A DNA stretch of 64,000 nt from the NCBI GenBank assembly GCA_023703555.1, contig CP097968.1:842307-906306 (forward strand). The letters are read 5' to 3'. The stretch comes from SAR86 cluster bacterium. GTDB taxonomy: Bacteria > Pseudomonadota > Gammaproteobacteria > Magnimaribacterales > TMED112. The notes under the pieces were generated by a model that had not been told where the DNA came from, made no database searches, and was given only the letters and a program-made list of their open reading frames with translations. Shown in pieces: positions 29,773-37,595 of this stretch (position 1 is the first letter of the stretch; the number at the start of each line of letters is the position of its first letter). The translations under genes and the position numbers were made by a program.

Positions 29773-32349
29773 TTAGTTCCTTAGAAGGGAGAATTGGATA
29801 CTTATCATTCTGCCTCTAGGATCGTGAACCCTTGTATCATAGCTAAAGTCAGGTGCGTCATATAATAAAGGTGGGCCTTCGTCAAAAATGTTAATAATCG
29901 AGAAGGTTGTTTGCAAGGAAAAGTCAGTATTGGTTTTAAAAGCTCTAAAAAAATTATCCAATGGATATTCCAAAAATAAATCATGCACCAAGAAAGCATC
30001 AACTCTATTGGTATATCCAAGAGCTTGTGCGCTATTTGGTATTGATCTTAAATTTTCGTAACTATCAATAAATCTTGTAATCACTCCAGCTCGACTATCA
30101 TTTTTACTCCATACCAATTGGTTATTAATTCTAAATTTTGGCAATGAAAATGTATTATTATCAAAGTTAAATCTACCAACCCTGTTAATCATCACAGTGG
30201 AATCCAAACTCTCCGGAGTGAGGAACTCATCCAATTTCGTTCCTTTGAGGTCTATTGTGAATGTGCTGCTATCAAAGAAGTTAAATTCTTGAAAGTAATT
30301 GAAATCGATACCACTGACTAGTGTACTTGATTCATTAAAATATCTCGTTGTAACTCCAATCAAATCTCCTAAATTATTTCTTGTTATTGATGAGCCGTAG
30401 GGGTCAGATTCTATTAAAGCTTGTGCACTTTCAACCTCTATTCTGTTGGTATAGTCGATCTCCCATAAATCTAAAGAAACTTTTATTTGATTGTCTTGAT
30501 AATAAATGCCAAAGTTCGTATTTTGTGAGACTGATGGCTTTAATTCAGGATTTCCTAATTGGGCTTGCCTAACAAAAACACTTCCTTCAACATCTCTAAC
30601 ACTACCAAGTCTGATTTGACTTGAAAAAAGCTGTCCCATTGAGGGCATTTTAAAAGATTCGCCTTTTGCAATTCTCAGAGAAAGGTTTTCAAACGGCTTA
30701 AAATTTACAGAAAGTTTAGGATTAAATGATGAAAATTTATCTGCATCTTCATACCTTCCAGAAAATACTAAGGTAAATGATTTTGTAAAATCTCTACTTC
30801 CTTCAAAAAATAAAGACGATTTGTTTCTTGATCTTTCTACATTTTGCCCACCGCCCAAGAAAAATAAATCTGCTGTTTTAGTTAGCTTCCCATCTGAATC
30901 AAATTCAACTCTAGATAGTTCGTTAAATCGAATTTTTAGCCTGTCTCGACTTTGTTGAATACCAAAGCCAATATTTAAGTTAAGGTCCTTTTGAAACGTT
31001 CTGGCGATTAAATCAAAAACTGTCAAGCCTCCGGTTTTGTTTGACCTTTCAAAGCCCTTTATATAAGAAATAAGTGATGCTGAATTATTTGCTGGATTAA
31101 AAATGTCCCACTGTTCATTATTGCTTGATCCGCCAGACCCATTCAGTGCACTTAAAAATCTTGAATCAATAATATCTGGTCTTCGATGAAGATTTTCATG
31201 TTGACTATCAGTAACAGAAAATTCAACCTCAAAATCTCTGTAAATTAATTCGTACGCATAACTAAAATGGTGTTGTGAGATATCTTTTGGTGAAAAAGGT
31301 GAGGGGTATCTGCCTCCCAAAGGTCTTCCAAGCCATCTTACTGGAACATTAAATGGACTCCCACCAACACCTGGCATTATTTCTCTTGATAAAAATGGTA
31401 ATGCAGGATATGAGGGTGATTGAGGATTATCAATAACCTTTACATTTGATGCAATTAGCAAAAGAGAATGCTGAAAACTATTTAAGTTTAAATAAAATTT
31501 CTCATGTGACTCGTTATTTACTAAGTTAAATCTAGTGCCATACTGAAACCTGCAACGTCCAGATAAAATACCACCATTTTCAACACAATTTGGATCAGGA
31601 ACTAGGGCCCCTTCTTCATATTCCCCAGCGTAAGGTCCTTCTTCAACTGTATCTGCTTCGGTGAGGACAAACGAGTTCCCTAAGCCACTGACCGCTAATT
31701 CAGCAAGTTTTCTAAAGTCTATAACTGGTAGAGGGCTTCTCTGCAAGTTGTTATAGCCAAAGACAAATTTTAAGTCTTTGAAATTGGCTCCGTATAAGAA
31801 ACCAAAAGTATTATCGTTTTGATCGTAGTTAGCAGTTTGGCGACGTCCAAAATTAACTTTTAGCCCATTGAACTCTTTAAATGTTAAGACGTTGACAACA
31901 CCAGAAACTGCATCTGACCCGTAAGTTGTTGAGGCGCCTTCTTTTAAAATTTGTACTTCGCGTAATGCAACTTCAGGAATGATACCAATATCTATGTAAC
32001 TTCCCCCGTCATCAGAGGGAGTGCCTGCAAAAGTCTGTCTTTTGGAATTGATCAAAACAAGGGTAGATTCTTGTTCAAGACCCCTCAGGTTTATTGATGC
32101 CATTCCCTGATCTTGGCCCCCTAGAGTATTGCTTTGAAAACGCGAACCAGAAGAAGAAGTAATATATTGACTTAGCTCAGCAAAGCTTACCAGACCAAAA
32201 TCTTTAATTTGTTGGGTTTTAATTATTTCTTTTTCAACAGCATTTCCTGTTGTGCTTGTTAATAAACTTCCCGTGGTTACAACTTCTTCAATATCATCTG
32301 AAGAAAAAACATAAAATGAAATAATTAGTAAGACTAACCTCTTAAACAC
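29773..32349 (-). CDS. TonB-dependent receptor
   Basis: Plug and barrel, with TonB box DDIEEVVTTGS. The track start (32397) lies inside a terminator hairpin. I prefer GTG 32349-32347, which gives a clean signal peptide MFKRLVLLIISFYVFSS|DD. Confidence 0.85.
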   Translation of the reverse strand: MFKRLVLLIISFYVFSSDDIEEVVTTGSLLTSTTGNAVEKEIIKTQQIKDFGLVSFAELSQYITSSSGSRFQSNTLGGQDQGMASINLRGLEQESTLVLINSKRQTFAGTPSDDGGSYIDIGIIPEVALREVQILKEGASTTYGSDAVSGVVNVLTFKEFNGLKVNFGRRQTANYDQNDNTFGFLYGANFKDLKFVFGYNNLQRSPLPVIDFRKLAELAVSGLGNSFVLTEADTVEEGPYAGEYEEGALVPDPNCVENGGILSGRCRFQYGTRFNLVNNESHEKFYLNLNSFQHSLLLIASNVKVIDNPQSPSYPALPFLSREIMPGVGGSPFNVPVRWLGRPLGGRYPSPFSPKDISQHHFSYAYELIYRDFEVEFSVTDSQHENLHRRPDIIDSRFLSALNGSGGSSNNEQWDIFNPANNSASLISYIKGFERSNKTGGLTVFDLIARTFQKDLNLNIGFGIQQSRDRLKIRFNELSRVEFDSDGKLTKTADLFFLGGGQNVERSRNKSSLFFEGSRDFTKSFTLVFSGRYEDADKFSSFNPKLSVNFKPFENLSLRIAKGESFKMPSMGQLFSSQIRLGSVRDVEGSVFVRQAQLGNPELKPSVSQNTNFGIYYQDNQIKVSLDLWEIDYTNRIEVESAQALIESDPYGSSITRNNLGDLIGVTTRYFNESSTLVSGIDFNYFQEFNFFDSSTFTIDLKGTKLDEFLTPESLDSTVMINRVGRFNFDNNTFSLPKFRINNQLVWSKNDSRAGVITRFIDSYENLRSIPNSAQALGYTNRVDAFLVHDLFLEYPLDNFFRAFKTNTDFSLQTTFSIINIFDEGPPLLYDAPDFSYDTRVHDPRGRMISIQFSLLRN

Positions 32350-32365
32350 GAAATAGATTATATAT

Positions 32366-32395
32366 AAAAAAAGGGCAGGCCCAACGACCTGCCCC
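32366..32395 (-). terminator. Rho-independent terminator after the His-rich TBDR gene
   Basis: Minus strand reads GGGGCAGG-tcgttggg-CCTGCCC followed by TTTTTT(a). The stem is 7 bp of G/C, 23-52 nt downstream of the stop at 32418. Confidence 0.7.
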
Positions 32396-32417
32396 ATAAA
32401 AAGGAGTTTAATTTAAT

Positions 32418-34649
32418 TTAAAACTCTAAATTAAACCTAAGACCAAAATTAACCCCTGGAAGTGGCACCTCATCTTTGACATAGGAAGCATGATTTCTTG
32501 CAACCTCATCTAAAAGATTATTGGCAAAAAATGAAACACCAAGATTAAATTGACTAGATAGCCCAATCTCTTTTTTAACCAAAAGATTCAACATCTTGAA
32601 TCCTTCTGTTTCAGTTTCCCCATCTCCAATTATAGTTTGTCGATCAACATCTTTGAGAGTGAGTCTCATTCTGTAATCACTAGCCCTGTAAGATAATGTG
32701 TACAAACTTCTTGCTGGAACCAATCTAGGAACATTTTCTCCGTTACTGAATTCACCATTGACTGAATCTCTTCCATAGCTAAGCACAAATTCACCAGTAT
32801 CCGTAATGAATCTTCTACCAAATTCAAATTCATAGCCGTTAAATTCAGCATCCTGTTGAAGAAAATCCGCGTGGATCAAATCACCATGCTCTTCATGCTC
32901 ATCGTGATCTTCATCACCATGGTCCTCATCACCATGGTCCTCATCATGATGCTCTTCTAACTCATCTTGAAGATAAATATAATCGTCAATGTTATTTTGG
33001 AATAAAGTTAATTGACCAAAATAATCTCCATCATCAAAAAATAACGATCCCTCGAAGTTATTGGCTCTCTCTGAAGATAAGTTGATGTCACCTGTTTCAA
33101 ACCTGCCACGCGCTAAGTGTGGTCCATTCATTGCCATCGCAGTACCAGATGGAGCACTAGCAACACTTGAAAAACTTATATCGAAACTAACTGCATCAGT
33201 AAGCTGTCGACCAAGGCTTGCAGAGAAACTTAGATCGTCAAAATCTTTATCAAAATATTCAACTTCCATTTCTTCATGCTCATCATGATCCTCATCACCA
33301 TGATCCTCATCATCATGATCATCATGTCCTTCCTCTTCATGACCTTCTGTAATTGAGCCTTGTCTATTAACCTGATCATAGCGCAAACCTAAATCTAAGC
33401 TATAACCTGATAAATCAAGACCAGCATAATAGCCAAAATTTAAACTCTCGCTTTGCATTGGATCCATAAATGCTTCGTGTCCAGCAATGGATTCATCCAT
33501 GGAAAGAAAGTTCACCATTAATTTCTGAGATGATATGAGTCCTGATGTTGGAAGATCAAAGATAGCACCAAATTCTTGAGCAATGTTGGTAAAGACAGTT
33601 GGTCCCTCTTCATGACCATGATCGTCATGTTCTTCTTCATCATGATCACCTTCCTCTTCAGCATGCTGCTCTTGAAATGTATAATCAGTATCTCTAAAAA
33701 AGTAATCAACTTTATTTACAATAGAGCTATTTAAGACTAAACCACCACTGACATTTACAGCCTGTGAATCAGTGAAGGCATATATTCTTTCACCCTCGTG
33801 CTCATCGTGTCCTTCCTCTTCTTCACCCTCTTCTTCACTGTGTTCATCACCATGAAAAGGTATTCCATACTCTGTCTCTTGATCTTCAAGAGAGACACCA
33901 AGATAGCCCCAATCACCTGTAACTGAGAGGCCAACCCTTGAGGTTGTTGAACCAAAATCTGAATTTGCCAAAGTCTCAGCATCCATTTCATCATGATCCC
34001 CTTCTTCTTCATGCTCATCTTCCGAGTGAAGAATTGCACCATTTGGAATTGCATAATTTCCGAACTGGGAATCTTTGTAAGCCAAAGACAAATTTACACC
34101 TGCAACATTTTTTTGGTACGCAAAATTTTCAGCATTTCCCCAATTGACACTCTGTTTCTCAAAACCTAGGCTTCCAACTTGTTCCTCAAAATCAGTTTTT
34201 GCAATGGTGTTATCAATTACATTAATAACTCCTCCAATAGATCCTTTTGCATAAAGCAATGACGACGGGCCACGAATAATTTCAACTTGTGACACATTGT
34301 TAAGATCCACCTCATTTAAGTGATCCGCTCCCATGCCTGCGACGTCAGCGACACTAAGACCATTTCTAAGAATCTTTACCCTTCCATCTAAAAGCCCACG
34401 GATTGCTGGCTGACCAACAACTGCACCATAGTCCACTGAGGATACACCTAGCAATTCATCAAAGGATTCTCCAAGACTTTGTGTCCCTGAGTCCTCTAAA
34501 TCCTCTCCACTTACCACATGTATTGGGTCACCAATTTCTGATAATTGTCTATCATCACTTGTTAATGACGAAACAACTACCACCTCTTCAACTTCTTGTG
34601 ATACCAAGAATGACGATATAAAAATTAAACTTATTAAGATTTTTTTCAT
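32418..34649 (-). CDS. TonB-dependent receptor with five His/Asp/Glu-rich inserts (ZnuD-like metal receptor candidate)
   Basis: 743 aa with a signal peptide, TonB box EVEEVVVVSS, a plug (IRGPSSLLYAKGSIGGVINV) and a C-terminal ...RFNLEF. A strong AGGAGG lies 7 nt upstream. The five acidic His clusters are described in the findings. Confidence 0.9.
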   Translation of the reverse strand: MKKILISLIFISSFLVSQEVEEVVVVSSLTSDDRQLSEIGDPIHVVSGEDLEDSGTQSLGESFDELLGVSSVDYGAVVGQPAIRGLLDGRVKILRNGLSVADVAGMGADHLNEVDLNNVSQVEIIRGPSSLLYAKGSIGGVINVIDNTIAKTDFEEQVGSLGFEKQSVNWGNAENFAYQKNVAGVNLSLAYKDSQFGNYAIPNGAILHSEDEHEEEGDHDEMDAETLANSDFGSTTSRVGLSVTGDWGYLGVSLEDQETEYGIPFHGDEHSEEEGEEEEGHDEHEGERIYAFTDSQAVNVSGGLVLNSSIVNKVDYFFRDTDYTFQEQHAEEEGDHDEEEHDDHGHEEGPTVFTNIAQEFGAIFDLPTSGLISSQKLMVNFLSMDESIAGHEAFMDPMQSESLNFGYYAGLDLSGYSLDLGLRYDQVNRQGSITEGHEEEGHDDHDDEDHGDEDHDEHEEMEVEYFDKDFDDLSFSASLGRQLTDAVSFDISFSSVASAPSGTAMAMNGPHLARGRFETGDINLSSERANNFEGSLFFDDGDYFGQLTLFQNNIDDYIYLQDELEEHHDEDHGDEDHGDEDHDEHEEHGDLIHADFLQQDAEFNGYEFEFGRRFITDTGEFVLSYGRDSVNGEFSNGENVPRLVPARSLYTLSYRASDYRMRLTLKDVDRQTIIGDGETETEGFKMLNLLVKKEIGLSSQFNLGVSFFANNLLDEVARNHASYVKDEVPLPGVNFGLRFNLEF

Positions 34650-34691
34650 TTTGTTTCCTCCTTTTTAAAAAAAATTATTTCTATTAAAAAT

Positions 34692-34955
34692 TTATTTTTT
34701 CGGAGGTGCTCGAGATAAAGAATCTCTAAGAATTTTGTCGTGAGTAAGTTGTCTTAGTGAATTACTAACTACACTTGCAATAGGGTTTTTGTATATATTC
34801 TTATTTATAAAAAAATTTGTAGAATTTTCACTCTCACAAACGTGACAAGATATTACCTCAACCTCTTCGTGAAAATGATCGTGGCTAATTTCATGTAAGG
34901 GAAAGCTCACTCCCAAAATGAAAATTAGAAATAACTCAAAATACTTTTTATTCAT
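34692..34955 (-). CDS. Small exported/membrane-anchored protein with His cluster and CxxC
   Basis: 87 aa with an N-terminal hydrophobic segment, then HEISHDHFHEE and CHVCESE. It lies 42 nt upstream of the His-rich TBDR on the same strand. No obvious SD sequence. Confidence 0.5.
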   Translation of the reverse strand: MNKKYFELFLIFILGVSFPLHEISHDHFHEEVEVISCHVCESENSTNFFINKNIYKNPIASVVSNSLRQLTHDKILRDSLSRAPPKK

Positions 34956-35033
34956 TCAGGCAGATCACATCAGAAAATCCATTAAAATCTCAATTCATAT
35001 AATTTAATTCTTATTTTAATTTATATTTCTTAC

Positions 35034-36395
35034 TTATTTAGATAGTTCAATTAATTGGTTTGGCTTATTTTTATGTTTTTTTAATTTAAATTCATCATAT
35101 AGATTTCCTGTAGCATCAAAGGCTTGGAATCGTAAATCATTACCTGATATCTTGATTATCTGGTACAGCTGTGTATCTTCTAAAATTTTTTTTGCGTAGT
35201 TGCCTTTCGTAAATTCATACATTTTCGGGCCACTTACCGATACAACATAGACTGTCCCTACATCGGGATCATAAGCTTGTTGGTAACCATTAGGCACATT
35301 TTCAACCTTAGCTCCGGCAAGGTCTCCAGTTCGAGAATATACATGGTCATGACCGTTGAGCACTAGATCAACTTTAAATTCATCAAACAATGGCTTCCAT
35401 AGTTTCCTTAAATGAGGATTGTCACGATCGGTTCCAGGTGAATAAATAGGATGATGAAAAGTAACTACTGTCCATTTATTCGGATTTTTCTCTAAAACAG
35501 ATCTAATCCAAGGAACTTGCTCCTCTTGCGCAATATTTGAGTCGAGAGAAATGAATCTTACTCCTTGATAATCCAAGTAATAAACTGTCTCTTTCAAACG
35601 CTCATCTGGTATATTTTGAATAGGAAAGACAAATTGTGGTTGCCAGTGAGCACTTATTTCAGGAGCAGTTCTCTTAGCTTCTGAATATTTTACATACTCA
35701 TGATTTCCAGGAGTAGCTAACAGAGGTATTGTTGCATTTACCCAGTCTGGGCCTTCGTGCCACTCACCCCAATTGGAATCCATATCTTTAATATCCACAA
35801 GATCTCCAGCATGAAGTATAAAAGACGCTCTCGGAGCATCACGAAAAGCCTCCCTAAATACTCTTGACCAGTGAGTTCTTACTTCGTTCTGAGCATCACC
35901 AAAATAGATAAAACTAAAGGGTTCTGGGTAAGAGCTTGCTGTCTTGAAATGGAAATATTCACTCCAATTTACTCCATCTCCCACTCTATATACATAAAGG
36001 GTATTTGGATTCAAGCTCCTTATGGTAATACTATGGTAATGAGCTTGATTTATATCACTCTGAAAAAATAAAGTTTTTGCCTCGAATAAATCTGGGTTTA
36101 AGTCGCGCCCACTGGCATTTGCAACTGCTATTTGGACAAAAGCTTTTTTTACAGAAGTATCTGTTCTCCATGTGATGGATTGCGTTGTTGCTGGATTATC
36201 TTCCCAAGTCAGAACTATACGATCCGGCATTGGAGTTGGTTCATACATTTCTACAGATGAATATTTAACGATACCCGAATTATCATGAGCTAATGCATAG
36301 AGGCCTAAAAATAAACCTAGGAGTACTGCTCTTGCAAACTTAAACATTGTTTTTAACAAGTTGATTAAAGATGTATTTAATATGTTTTGGCTCAT
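35034..36395 (-). CDS. Secreted metallophosphoesterase, purple-acid-phosphatase-like
   Basis: Calcineurin-like motifs GDAQN, HAGDLVD, GNHEY, HHPIYS and GHDHVYSR, with an N-terminal PAP-type beta domain. An alternative start at 36347 (MFKFARAVLLGL...) gives a cleaner signal peptide. Confidence 0.8.
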   Translation of the reverse strand: MSQNILNTSLINLLKTMFKFARAVLLGLFLGLYALAHDNSGIVKYSSVEMYEPTPMPDRIVLTWEDNPATTQSITWRTDTSVKKAFVQIAVANASGRDLNPDLFEAKTLFFQSDINQAHYHSITIRSLNPNTLYVYRVGDGVNWSEYFHFKTASSYPEPFSFIYFGDAQNEVRTHWSRVFREAFRDAPRASFILHAGDLVDIKDMDSNWGEWHEGPDWVNATIPLLATPGNHEYVKYSEAKRTAPEISAHWQPQFVFPIQNIPDERLKETVYYLDYQGVRFISLDSNIAQEEQVPWIRSVLEKNPNKWTVVTFHHPIYSPGTDRDNPHLRKLWKPLFDEFKVDLVLNGHDHVYSRTGDLAGAKVENVPNGYQQAYDPDVGTVYVVSVSGPKMYEFTKGNYAKKILEDTQLYQIIKISGNDLRFQAFDATGNLYDEFKLKKHKNKPNQLIELSK

Positions 36396-36448
36396 TATGC
36401 TTCAAACCCAAAAAAATAAAAACTGTTGGCCAATACAAATTGTTACTA

Positions 36449-36525
<77 letters not shown>

Positions 36526-36570
36526 GAAGAACAAATTATTATAGGTTTTTTGACATGTAAGTCTAGACGT

Positions 36571-37215
36571 CTACTTATCCCATATCACTTTATAAATTAA
36601 ATAACCTAATAATCCTCCCATAATCTGAAAAATAATAAATAATGGAGCATCATTAAGATTAATGCCGGCAAATGTATCTGAAAAAATTCTCCCAAATGTA
36701 ACTGCAGGATTAGCAAAAGAAGTTGATGCTGTAAACCAATAGGCAGCACCAATATAAGAAGCTACCATTATTGGAACTTTTTTAGCATCTGAAGCAAAGA
36801 TAATCATTATTAGGCCGGCAGTAGCGATTAGCTCTGAAAACCACAAATTTGAACCTGTTCTTATTTTTGTTGATAATTCAATCAATGGTAAATTGAACAT
36901 TAAATTAGCAAGTACTGCCCCTAATAATCCTCCCAAACATTGAACTGCAGCGTAACTAATAAAAGCTGGAAATTTTAATTCTCCTCTAATGTAGCTAACT
37001 AAGGACACAACAGGATTAAAATGAGCGCTCAACGGAGCAAAAATTGTAATCAAAAAGTATAAACCCCAAAACGTAGCTAAGGAATTTGCTAAAAGTGCAA
37101 TACCATCGTTTCCATCCGATAAATTTTGCCCCATTATGCCTGAACCCACTACAACACAAACCAATAAAGCTGTGCCTGTAAATTCAGCAAATATTTTATT
37201 CTTAAATTTACCCAT
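36571..37215 (-). CDS. MIP-family channel (aquaglyceroporin, AqpS-like arsenite channel candidate)
   Basis: 214 aa with six TM segments and two half-helix motifs, HFNPVVSL (NPV) and NPAVTFGR (NPA). Overlaps arsC by 8 nt. Confidence 0.8.
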   Translation of the reverse strand: MGKFKNKIFAEFTGTALLVCVVVGSGIMGQNLSDGNDGIALLANSLATFWGLYFLITIFAPLSAHFNPVVSLVSYIRGELKFPAFISYAAVQCLGGLLGAVLANLMFNLPLIELSTKIRTGSNLWFSELIATAGLIMIIFASDAKKVPIMVASYIGAAYWFTASTSFANPAVTFGRIFSDTFAGINLNDAPLFIIFQIMGGLLGYLIYKVIWDK

Positions 37216-37594
37216 TCAATAGTTCAGTATTAATTTTCATCTCTATTAAGTCTCTAATATTATCAAAATCATCATCGTTCATATGTTTTGGATCAGGTAT
37301 CTTCCAATCTAAAGTTTTGGTATTTGGAAAAAAAGGACATTCATCGCCACAACCCATTGTTACAACATAATCAAATCTTTCGTTAGAAAAATTTGTGACA
37401 TTCTTTGGTTGAATTTCGTCAAATATAATACCAATCCTTTTGAGAGAATCTATAGCTTTTGGATTAACAGTTTTAGCAGGCTGAGATCCAGCTGATTTTG
37501 CAAAAATTTTATCACCATAAATTCTATTACTAATTTGTTCAGCTAATTGACTTCTGCATGCATTCTCAACACATACAAACAATACATTTAGCAT
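37208..37594 (-). CDS. arsC: Arsenate reductase, LMW-PTPase family
   Basis: 128 aa with VLFVCVENACRSQLAE (the CX5R P-loop) and TMGCGDECP (distal Cys pair). Confidence 0.85.
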   Translation of the reverse strand: MLNVLFVCVENACRSQLAEQISNRIYGDKIFAKSAGSQPAKTVNPKAIDSLKRIGIIFDEIQPKNVTNFSNERFDYVVTMGCGDECPFFPNTKTLDWKIPDPKHMNDDDFDNIRDLIEMKINTELLNG

Positions 37595-37595
37595 A

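Noticed and set aside
32666-34621. Several 60-100-aa track ORFs inside the His-rich TBDR gene on both strands (for example 33755-34054, 33518-33709, 33938-34147, 34403-34621).
   Set aside because: They are generated by the GAT/GAA/CAT-rich codon repeats (His/Met/Lys-rich or Leu/His-rich products). They are fully nested in a well-supported TBDR frame.
34956-35033. Zur or Fur box upstream of the small His/CxxC ORF.
   Set aside because: The region is almost pure A/T (..gaattaaattatatgaattgag..). I could not find a convincing palindrome matching GATAATGATAATCATTATC or a Zur-type inverted repeat. Any call would be guesswork without a position-weight-matrix scan.
36556-36575. Palindrome TAGACGTCTA at the aquaporin stop, considered as a terminator.
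   Set aside because: It is a 10-nt perfect palindrome with no loop, no extended stem and no T-tract, and it overlaps the stop codon. It is more likely chance or a restriction-type site.
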